20,951 bases of DNA from a bacterium (GTDB lineage Bacteria > JAMCPX01): contig JBBIVV010000016.1 of the NCBI GenBank assembly GCA_037439545.1, positions 1 through 20,951 on the forward strand. Direction: 5' to 3'. Below the pieces are notes generated by a model that was not told the origin of the DNA, did not search any database, and saw nothing but the letters and a program-made list of their open reading frames with translations. This document shows positions 1 to 6,546 of this stretch, piece by piece; the first letter of the stretch is position 1; every line of letters begins with the position of its first letter. The translations under genes were made by a program, and so were the position numbers.

Positions 1-29
1 AGTGCCAGCAGATCTTCTATTTTTGCCAT
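1..29 (-). CDS. 5' end of a gene running off the window (MAKIEDLLA...), product unknown
   Basis: Minus-strand ATG at 29-27 with AGGAGG Shine-Dalgarno at 40-35; frame open to the window edge; only 9 full codons visible. Confidence 0.7.
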
Positions 30-45
30 AAAAGCCTCCTTTAAA

Positions 46-196
46 GATTTACCCCTTTAGAAAGTCCCGCCATTCATGACAGGGATACCATAATAAATTT
101 TGAATTCCTCATAAGAAGGGCATGGTCTCAAGTCACGCCTGTTTACCGCAACATATACACTTCGGTGTGCAGACCCGTCCTTTCTAACCGGGTTAA
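46..196. mobile_element. MITE-like non-autonomous element (~150 bp) with imperfect terminal inverted repeats and internal hairpins
   Basis: Left end TTTACCCCTTTAGAAAG (48-64) matches the reverse complement of right end CTTTCTAACCGGGTTAA (180-196) at 14/17. Internal hairpin TACAC-TTCG-GTGTG (156-169). Left end recurs at 20930-20948 (17/19). Confidence 0.65.
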
Positions 197-199
197 AAA

Positions 200-227
200 G
201 CTATAGCATTTCCCGGTCAAATTACAA
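200..227 (-). promoter_or_regulatory. Candidate sigma70 promoter for the gene starting at 29
   Basis: Minus strand TTGTAA (227-222), 16 nt spacer ending TGC, TATAGC (205-200): extended -10 type. Confidence 0.35.
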
Positions 228-285
228 CAAAATTACTCAAACGAGTAACTTGTCCTTACAAAGGTTCACCGCAGCTTTTCATACG

Positions 286-303
286 TCATATTTATGATAG
301 AAT
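286..303 (+). promoter_or_regulatory. Extended -10 promoter with overlapping palindrome, upstream of the small ORF
   Basis: TG-A-TAGAAT at 295-303; TCATA-TT-TATGA inverted repeat at 286-297. Confidence 0.4.
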
Positions 304-352
304 GAATAATGTGGAATGGGTGCAAGGTGTCCGAGTATGGAGATTATCTAAA

Positions 353-484
353 ATGAAAAAGGTGTGGATAAAAAAGATAAATGACTTTAAATCTGCTCAC
401 AGTTTTGATATGAATTATTTCCTCTCACTGCCTGCGTCAAAGAGATTGGAAACGATGCAGATTCTTAGAGAGCTGTTTTTTTAA
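353..484 (+). CDS. Small hypothetical protein (43 aa, MKKVWIKK...LRELFF), possibly a truncated remnant
   Basis: GGAG at 339-342 before ATG 353; ATG 302 overlaps the predicted -10 and so is the less likely start. The pattern 'D..YFLSL...KRLETMQ.LRE' recalls small proteins usually found upstream of nucleotidyltransferase genes (from memory, not searched). Stops inside a T7A7 run. Confidence 0.5.
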   Translation: MKKVWIKKINDFKSAHSFDMNYFLSLPASKRLETMQILRELFF

Positions 485-499
485 AAAAAGTATTTATTT

Positions 500-2566
500 T
501 TATAGTGCTCTCTGTACGATCTCCGCTATATCGAGTACCTTGACATTATCTTCGACACCCTTGTCCTTAACACCGTCGTCAATCATGGTCATACAGAACG
601 GACAGGCAGTTGCTATGACATCGGCTTTGACTGATAAAGCTTCTGCAGTCCTTACCCTGTTGATACGATCTCCCTCTTTTTCTTCAAGCCACATTCTGGC
701 ACCTCCGGCACCGCAGCAGAAACTATTTGCATAACTGCGTTTCATCTCAACCATCTTTACCTGCGGCACTGCAGCCAAGACATCACGGGGTTCAGCGTAA
801 ATATTATTGTGCCTGCCGAGATAGCATGAATCGTGGTAGGTAACTGTTTTTTCCATAGGCTTTGCCGGTTTGAGCCTGCCTTCATTTATGAGCAGGTTTA
901 TAAACTGCGAGTGATGGATCACCTCGTAATTGCCGCCGAATTCCGGATAATCGTGTTTGAGCGTATAATATCCATGCGGGCATGCTGTTACAATCTTTTT
1001 TACATTGTACTTCTTCAGTGTTTCTATGTTCTGCTTTGCAAGTGTTTGGAACGCATATTCATTGCCCGCGCGCCTTACCCAGTCACCGCAGCACGACTCT
1101 TCTGTCCCAAGTACCGCAAATTTGACATTGGCAGCCTGCATGAGCTTGACAAATGCGATTGCAATCTTTTTGTTTCTGTCATCATAAGCACCCGCACACC
1201 CTACCCAGTAAAGGATCTCTGCGTCCGGCTGCTCTGTCATGGTTTTGATGCCGAGTCCTTCTGCCCAATCAAGCCGTGAATCCAAACCGAGCCCCCATGG
1301 ATTACCATTGGTATCATTGTTCCTGAACGTTGCCGAAAGCTCCTGAGGCATCTTGCTTTCTGTCATGACGAGATACCTTCTCATGTCTATAATATCCCTG
1401 ATATGCTCATTGGCTACAGGGCATATCTGCTGACATGCACCGCATGTCGTACAAGCCCAAAGTTCCTGAGGAGAGATTGAGGTGGCCGTGTTATGCTCTG
1501 TCGGGTGCTCCTTCTTGAATGCCATGCGCTGATCGCCAACTGCCTCATCTGCTAAAAGCGGAACTCTTTGATCGTCTGCGAGTTTTTCACCTTGTTTCAA
1601 TTTTAGCATCTTTGGACCATTTGCCTTCATGTTTTCCTTGATATTGAGGATAACCTCCCGTGGTGAAAGTATCTTGCCCGTATTTGCTGCAGGACAGTCA
1701 TCCGTGCATCTGCCGCACTCCGTGCATGCAGGTCCATCGAGCAATTGCTTCCAGGTGAGTTCCTCGAACTTCGAAACACCGAAGGTTTCAACACCCTCTG
1801 CCTCGAAATTTATGGGCTGAAGCTGCATTGTTTTGTCCGTGAGGTTCAAAAAGAAATTGTTCGGGATTGCACCAAGCAAATGCAGGTGCTTCGAATTCGG
1901 AATAAAATCGAGGAAAAACAAAAGCATAAGCAGGTGCGCCCACCAGATCACTTCAAAGACTGCGGGAGATAACGGCTGGGTAACATGAAATACTTTAATG
2001 TAAGTGCCTGCAAAGAGCATCCAGTGTACTGCTTTTGACACAGGCTCTTCCGGGTTTACCCCATTGCTTACGTTCATGGCAAACAGAGTGAGCATCAGTC
2101 CTGTAATAAGCCCCAATATTAAATAAGAGCCGAAGTGATAGTTAAGTTTTTTCGGATGCTCTATGAATCTTCTTAGTAAGGACATTACTATTGCTATCAG
2201 AACTGCTGCTGCCATCAAATCCTGTGAAAAGATAAATAAAGAATAAAGCGGATAACCTAAAAACTGAAAGGTAAAATCAGATACCAGCCCGCCAGCGAGT
2301 ATCTCAATTTCTCCAAGGAGCAGGATCATGAACCCCCAGAAGATCATAAAATGCATGATGCCTGCATAGAGGATATCGCCCTTTGGACGCTTGAAATTGG
2401 CAAGCTGAAGGATTGCGTTTCTTATCATCATCCATGTTCTCTTGCCCAGTTGATCGAAACGGTTTTCCGGCTTACCAAGCAGGACGAATTTCACCAGGGT
2501 CATTACTTTGTAAAAGAAATAGCCAAGGGATACAATTAAGACGATGGCTACAAATATTGATTTCAT
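500..2566 (-). CDS. fadF: Membrane-anchored Fe-S oxidoreductase, FadF / ETF:menaquinone oxidoreductase (EMO, DUF224-type, HdrD-like CCG domains), 688 aa
   Basis: N-terminal TM region with His residues (HFMIFWG, WWAHLL, SKHLHL); two CxxCxxCxxxCP motifs (CTECGRCTDDCP, CTTCGACQQICP); two CCG domains (ESCCG, SFCCGAGG, YHDSCYLGR, TACPFC); directly downstream of etfBA. Start moved to ATG 2566 because of GGAGG at 2575-2571. Confidence 0.9.
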   Translation of the reverse strand: MKSIFVAIVLIVSLGYFFYKVMTLVKFVLLGKPENRFDQLGKRTWMMIRNAILQLANFKRPKGDILYAGIMHFMIFWGFMILLLGEIEILAGGLVSDFTFQFLGYPLYSLFIFSQDLMAAAVLIAIVMSLLRRFIEHPKKLNYHFGSYLILGLITGLMLTLFAMNVSNGVNPEEPVSKAVHWMLFAGTYIKVFHVTQPLSPAVFEVIWWAHLLMLLFFLDFIPNSKHLHLLGAIPNNFFLNLTDKTMQLQPINFEAEGVETFGVSKFEELTWKQLLDGPACTECGRCTDDCPAANTGKILSPREVILNIKENMKANGPKMLKLKQGEKLADDQRVPLLADEAVGDQRMAFKKEHPTEHNTATSISPQELWACTTCGACQQICPVANEHIRDIIDMRRYLVMTESKMPQELSATFRNNDTNGNPWGLGLDSRLDWAEGLGIKTMTEQPDAEILYWVGCAGAYDDRNKKIAIAFVKLMQAANVKFAVLGTEESCCGDWVRRAGNEYAFQTLAKQNIETLKKYNVKKIVTACPHGYYTLKHDYPEFGGNYEVIHHSQFINLLINEGRLKPAKPMEKTVTYHDSCYLGRHNNIYAEPRDVLAAVPQVKMVEMKRSYANSFCCGAGGARMWLEEKEGDRINRVRTAEALSVKADVIATACPFCMTMIDDGVKDKGVEDNVKVLDIAEIVQRAL

Positions 2567-2577
2567 GTTACCTCCAT

Positions 2578-2606
2578 AAAAAAGGGGCACAGTATAGTGT
2601 GCCCCT
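2578..2606 (-). terminator. Intrinsic terminator-like hairpin between etfA and fadF
   Basis: Perfect 9-bp stem AGGGGCACA (2583-2591) / TGTGCCCCT (2598-2606), 6-nt loop, followed by a U6 run on the minus strand (2583-2578). Confidence 0.75.
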
Positions 2607-2616
2607 GCAATTGTAT

Positions 2617-3594
2617 CTATTTTATTTTTTTGATTTCCTCAACCAATTCGGGGACTGCTTTTGCAAAATCCGCAACGAGCCCGTAATCGGCTATCTGAAA
2701 AATAGGCGCATCAGGGTCCTTGTTAATGGCGACTATGGTCTTTGAATCCTTCATACCCGCAACATGCTGTATCGCACCTGATATGCCGACAGCTATGTAT
2801 AAACCCGGGGCGACTATCTTGCCGGTCTGTCCTACCTGAAGGTCGTTCTGCACCCAGCCCGCATCAACCGCTGCCCTCGATGCTCCGATTGCAGCACCAA
2901 GAAGGTCCGCGAGCTGTTCTATGGTCTTAAATCCTTCCGGACCTTTCAGTCCTCTGCCGCCGGATATAACGACGCTTGCATCTGCCAGCTGGGGCCTTGT
3001 CGATTTATGTTCCACAACTTCAAGTTGTTTTGCTTTCAGTGCCTGTGTGTCGACCTTTACGCCTACCGCCTTAATCTCTGATGCCGTATCGACTTTCGGC
3101 GCATGTTCGAAAGCAGTACCTCTTACACTTGCAACGATTATTTCACCGTCGACGGTAACATCCGCTACTACACTGCCTGCCCACATTGCCCTTGAAAACC
3201 CGGAAATCTTGCCGCCGTCCGCACTTATTGAAAGTATATCCGAAACCATGCCGGCCTTGAGTTTTACCGCTATTCTCGGCAGGAGTTCTTTCGAGAAGGC
3301 CGATGTCGTAGCGAGAACAAGGCTTGCCGAATTTGCCCTTATAGCTTCGGAAGCCGCTATTGCGTATGCCTCTGCAGTGTATCCTGCGAGTGAAGGATCA
3401 TCGACGACAAGAACAGCATCTGCGCCATAGTTGGAAACAGCCCCTTTTACCTTATCAAGACCCGAACCCATTAAAAGCAGGAAGGTCTTACCCGACAGTG
3501 CCTTTGCAGCATCAATGCCGGCTTTCACTGCAGAAAGGCTCTGCTTTACGAGCTCATCATTTTTATGTTCGCATAGTATTATTACATTACCCAC
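2617..3594 (-). CDS. etfA: Electron transfer flavoprotein subunit alpha
   Basis: Motifs [55 protein letters not shown] start with GGAGG RBS. Confidence 0.97.
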   Translation of the reverse strand: MGNVIILCEHKNDELVKQSLSAVKAGIDAAKALSGKTFLLLMGSGLDKVKGAVSNYGADAVLVVDDPSLAGYTAEAYAIAASEAIRANSASLVLATTSAFSKELLPRIAVKLKAGMVSDILSISADGGKISGFSRAMWAGSVVADVTVDGEIIVASVRGTAFEHAPKVDTASEIKAVGVKVDTQALKAKQLEVVEHKSTRPQLADASVVISGGRGLKGPEGFKTIEQLADLLGAAIGASRAAVDAGWVQNDLQVGQTGKIVAPGLYIAVGISGAIQHVAGMKDSKTIVAINKDPDAPIFQIADYGLVADFAKAVPELVEEIKKIK

Positions 3595-3606
3595 GTTAGC
3601 CTCCTT

Positions 3607-4359
3607 TTATAGAACCTTTGCATCATTTTTAAGCTTGCTGACCAGGTCCTGAACGGACTCAACCTTTACCCCGCCTTTTCTCTTTGGCGGCTCTGTCAGT
3701 TTCTTGATGGTAACACGCGGTTTTACCGCTACACCCAGGGCATCGACAGTAAGCTCTTTGATGGGCTTTTGTTTTGCTTTCATGATATTGGGTAAAGACG
3801 CATATCTCGGCGTATTGAGCCTGAGATCCGCTGTAATGACACACGGGAGTTCGACCTCTTTAATCTCAAGACCGCCGTCTATCTCTCGTGTTACCTTCGC
3901 TTTTTTCTTGTCATCGCTTATTTCAACCTTTGATGCGAACGCAGCCTGAGGATAGCCGAGCAGCTCTGCAAGCATAAAGCCCGCCTGCCCCATATCGTCG
4001 TCGACAGCCTGTTTGCCGAGAATAACGATGTCCGGTTTTTCCTGTTCAACTACCTTTGCAAGGATAGTTGCAACATCATAAGAGTCATAACCGCCCGTGT
4101 AGTTTACGAATATGCCTCTGTCCGCTCCCATCGCGAGTGCTGCCCTTATCTGCTCTGCAACCGTCTTTTCCCCTATCGATACCACCACGACCTCTCCTGT
4201 CTGCTTTTCTTTTATCCTCAATGCCTCTTCCACAGCAATCTCATCAAACGGATTTACCACGAACTTAATTCCCTCTGTTTGTATCCATGATCCATCGGGC
4301 TTTATTTTTATCTTAGCCTCGGGATCGCTCACTCTTTTTACCGTTACAAGAATCTTCAC
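3607..4359 (-). CDS. etfB: Electron transfer flavoprotein subunit beta
   Basis: MKILVTVKRV, NPFDEIAVEEAL, ALAMGADR, GKQAVDDD, REIDGG, LNTPRYASLPNIMKAK; GTG start with AGGAGG RBS. Confidence 0.97.
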   Translation of the reverse strand: MKILVTVKRVSDPEAKIKIKPDGSWIQTEGIKFVVNPFDEIAVEEALRIKEKQTGEVVVVSIGEKTVAEQIRAALAMGADRGIFVNYTGGYDSYDVATILAKVVEQEKPDIVILGKQAVDDDMGQAGFMLAELLGYPQAAFASKVEISDDKKKAKVTREIDGGLEIKEVELPCVITADLRLNTPRYASLPNIMKAKQKPIKELTVDALGVAVKPRVTIKKLTEPPKRKGGVKVESVQDLVSKLKNDAKVL

Positions 4360-4376
4360 CGTTACCTCCTCTCTAT

Positions 4377-4982
4377 TTATTTTTTTATAGCTATGCCTTT
4401 TATTAAAGCTTCGGTAGCATCAGAGCTGAGTTTGTCAATTGTATACTTTGAATCACCTGCAAGTACCCAGATCAGCGTAAGCTCATCGAGTGCACCGAAT
4501 ATTATCCTTTTCAGGATACCGGGCATAAGGTGTTTTGCAACAAGTCCTTGTGCCTGCGCGTCTCTTATGATTGCTGAGATAATATTTAGGTATTCCTTAA
4601 ATTTTATGTTCTTGTATTCTTTTATGAACTTGTTGCTCTGTCTTAACTCGACACTGATGACTTCTGCAAGAAATTTGTCTCTCTTGATAAGCTCGAAGTG
4701 CATCTTGATAAAAGCGCATAATTGTTCTATGGGATCGCTGATTTCCGAAAGTCTTTCTTTTACCATGTGTATGATCTCGTCCATGCTTTCTTCAAAAAGA
4801 GACACGAGGAGGGTGTCCTTGTTCTTGAAATAGAGGTATATGGTGCCATCAGCTACATTTGCCTCTTTTGCAATGTCCGATATGCGGGTGTTGTAAAAGC
4901 CTTTTCTTGCAAATGTCTTGATAGCTGCCCGCATTATCTGTTCATGTTTGTCATTTTTTTCGTGGTTAATGATCTTTTTCAT
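4377..4982 (-). CDS. fadR: TetR/AcrR family regulator, FadR (YsiA)-like fatty acid metabolism repressor
   Basis: TetR HTH (AAIKTFARKGFYNTRISDIAKEANVADGTIYLYFKNKD); YsiA-like C-terminal motifs VELRQSN and IFGALDE; heads the etfBA-fadF operon; FadR-type box upstream. Start 4982 preferred because ATG 5012 lies inside the operator. Confidence 0.85.
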   Translation of the reverse strand: MKKIINHEKNDKHEQIMRAAIKTFARKGFYNTRISDIAKEANVADGTIYLYFKNKDTLLVSLFEESMDEIIHMVKERLSEISDPIEQLCAFIKMHFELIKRDKFLAEVISVELRQSNKFIKEYKNIKFKEYLNIISAIIRDAQAQGLVAKHLMPGILKRIIFGALDELTLIWVLAGDSKYTIDKLSSDATEALIKGIAIKK

Positions 4983-4997
4983 ATTGTATTGAGATAT

Positions 4998-5015
4998 TGA
5001 ATGAATAGTCATTCA
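4998..5015. promoter_or_regulatory. FadR/YsiA-type operator palindrome
   Basis: Perfect 7-4-7 inverted repeat TGAATGA-ATAG-TCATTCA, matching the Bacillus subtilis FadR (YsiA) box consensus; minus-strand TTGACA at 5033-5028 just upstream. Confidence 0.85.
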
Positions 5016-5050
5016 TTTGCGGCTCTTTGTCAAGGTTATTGTTAGGTGTC

Positions 5051-5172
5051 AAATCCCAAATTCAAAATCCTAATTTCTAAACAATATCAAAATCCGAAAC
5101 TCAAATACTTAAAAACGTTTAAAGTTAAAATTCTGGATTTGTTTAGGATTTAGACATTCGTATTTAGAATTT
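5051..5172. repeat. AT-rich imperfect palindrome built of tandem 7-mers (AAATYCN-like)
   Basis: Left arm AAATCCC AAATTCA AAATCCT AATTTCT AAACAAT; right arm reverse complement AAATTCT AAATACG AATGTCT AAATCCT AAACAAA; central AAACGTTT at 5113-5120. Confidence 0.75.
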
Positions 5173-5182
5173 ATTCTTATGA

Positions 5183-5211
5183 TTGACTTTCCCGCTTGGC
5201 CTTGATAGATC
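5183..5211 (+). promoter_or_regulatory. Candidate promoter for tRNA-Gly
   Basis: TTGACT (5183-5188), 17 nt, TAGATC (5206-5211) preceded by TG; ends 10 nt before the tRNA. Confidence 0.4.
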
Positions 5212-5221
5212 AATCTTCGAT

Positions 5222-5293
5222 GCGGGCGTAATTCAGTGGTAGAATGCAAGCTTCCCAAGCTTGACGTCGCCGGTTCGACCCCGGTCGCCCGCT
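5222..5293 (+). tRNA. tRNA-Gly (anticodon CCC), CCA not encoded
   Basis: Cloverleaf: acceptor GCGGGCG/CGCCCGC, D arm ATTC-AGTGGTA-GAAT, anticodon arm CAAGC-TTCCCAA-GCTTG (CCC at 5254-5256), T arm GCCGG-TTCGACC-CCGGT, discriminator T. Confidence 0.97.
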
Positions 5294-5295
5294 TT

Positions 5296-6408
5296 TTATT
5301 GTTTAACAAGGGACTCGAACAGCTTGAGGTAATCTTCCGTGACTGTGTCCCACAGATACAAAGCTTTTATCCGGCCCCGTGACTTTTCTCTTAATGACGC
5401 ATGCAGCCCTTCATCGTCAAGCAGCAATCCAAGTTTCTCTGAGAGGGCTACACTGCCTTTTTTGCCGTCATACGCTATGGCGGCATCCGCTATGACCTCG
5501 ACGCTCGATGGAATATTATTGACAATGACCGCATTGCCTGCTGCAAGCGCCTCGATGAGTACCGGGTGCGTGCCTCCGACCTCGGATGCAAGTACATAGA
5601 TGTAGGCATTCCTCATGAGACATTTATAATTTTCTCCGAACACATAACCCGTAAAAACAATCCTCTCGTCGCTGCCCGACAGTTGTTTCAGTTCAGCCTT
5701 GTATGCATCCGCATACGGTGCATCGCCTACCAAAACGAGCTTTTTTTCCGTAGCGATTTTTTTGTATGCACCGATAAGCTGATGTGCGTTATTCTCCGGC
5801 ACAAGCCTTCCCACGTAGAGGATGTAATCATCCGGTTGCAGACCGAATTTTTTGAGTACATCGTGGTCCCCGGATGACCTTTGATCAAGTTCTGTGCCAT
5901 AGGGGACAAAGATGCTCTCTTTATCATAATGATCCTTGTAATATCTTTTAACGGCTAATGAATCGGCTACAATAATAGTTGGGAAAACTGCCGCTATCTT
6001 TTCGCTTGCCCTCAAGAACCACCTGCCGAATCTTCCCCATTTCTTTCTTTCCCAGTCAGCCCCATCCACATTTAAAATCACCTTTGCGCCCGTGATCCTC
6101 AAGAGTGACGAAAGTATACTGTTTCCTACACCGCAGAAATAAACAATATCATACCCTTTGAACATGCCGTGAATGATAGAGAGAAAGGTATGCATTATCG
6201 TATCGAGATGCTTTGTAGGTATAGTCGGAAGCCTTACGAGTTTAACGCCTTTATATAAAGGTTCCCTGTATTTTACGTGAGTCGAGCGGTTGTAAACCGT
6301 AACCTCGTGTCCCTTCTTTACAAGCCTTGTCGATAAGCCCTCAACGAATGTTTCAAACCCGCTGTAACTTGCAGGAATGCCCCTTATACCCATGAATGCA
6401 ATCTTCAT
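5296..6408 (-). CDS. Glycosyltransferase family 4 (DUF1972 / WchF-like N-terminus)
   Basis: N-terminal MKIAFMGIRGIPASYSGFETFVE; NVDGADWERKKW; YVGRLVPENN; SEVGGTHPVLIEALAAG (GT4 EX7E-like motif). Confidence 0.9.
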   Translation of the reverse strand: MKIAFMGIRGIPASYSGFETFVEGLSTRLVKKGHEVTVYNRSTHVKYREPLYKGVKLVRLPTIPTKHLDTIMHTFLSIIHGMFKGYDIVYFCGVGNSILSSLLRITGAKVILNVDGADWERKKWGRFGRWFLRASEKIAAVFPTIIVADSLAVKRYYKDHYDKESIFVPYGTELDQRSSGDHDVLKKFGLQPDDYILYVGRLVPENNAHQLIGAYKKIATEKKLVLVGDAPYADAYKAELKQLSGSDERIVFTGYVFGENYKCLMRNAYIYVLASEVGGTHPVLIEALAAGNAVIVNNIPSSVEVIADAAIAYDGKKGSVALSEKLGLLLDDEGLHASLREKSRGRIKALYLWDTVTEDYLKLFESLVKQ

Positions 6409-6546
6409 ACTCTCTTATTAACCACGACTTTCAAGGTTTTTTCAAGCGAATATGAATCTATCCTTCATTTTCATTTATGGACAGCTATTTCTGATGACAA
6501 AGTATTTTTATAGTGATAATCGAACTCCATAAGGAGGAGTTGTAGC

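Noticed and set aside
476..489. T7A7 run as a phase-variable or frameshift site extending the small ORF
   Set aside because: Removing one T only extends the frame antisense into fadF with no recognisable sequence.
5051..5172. Possible CRISPR array or leader
   Set aside because: Units are 7 nt, degenerate and contiguous, with no spacers and no cas genes.
5109..5309. 66-aa minus-strand ORF
   Set aside because: Antisense to tRNA-Gly and runs through the heptamer palindrome; a typical tRNA shadow ORF.
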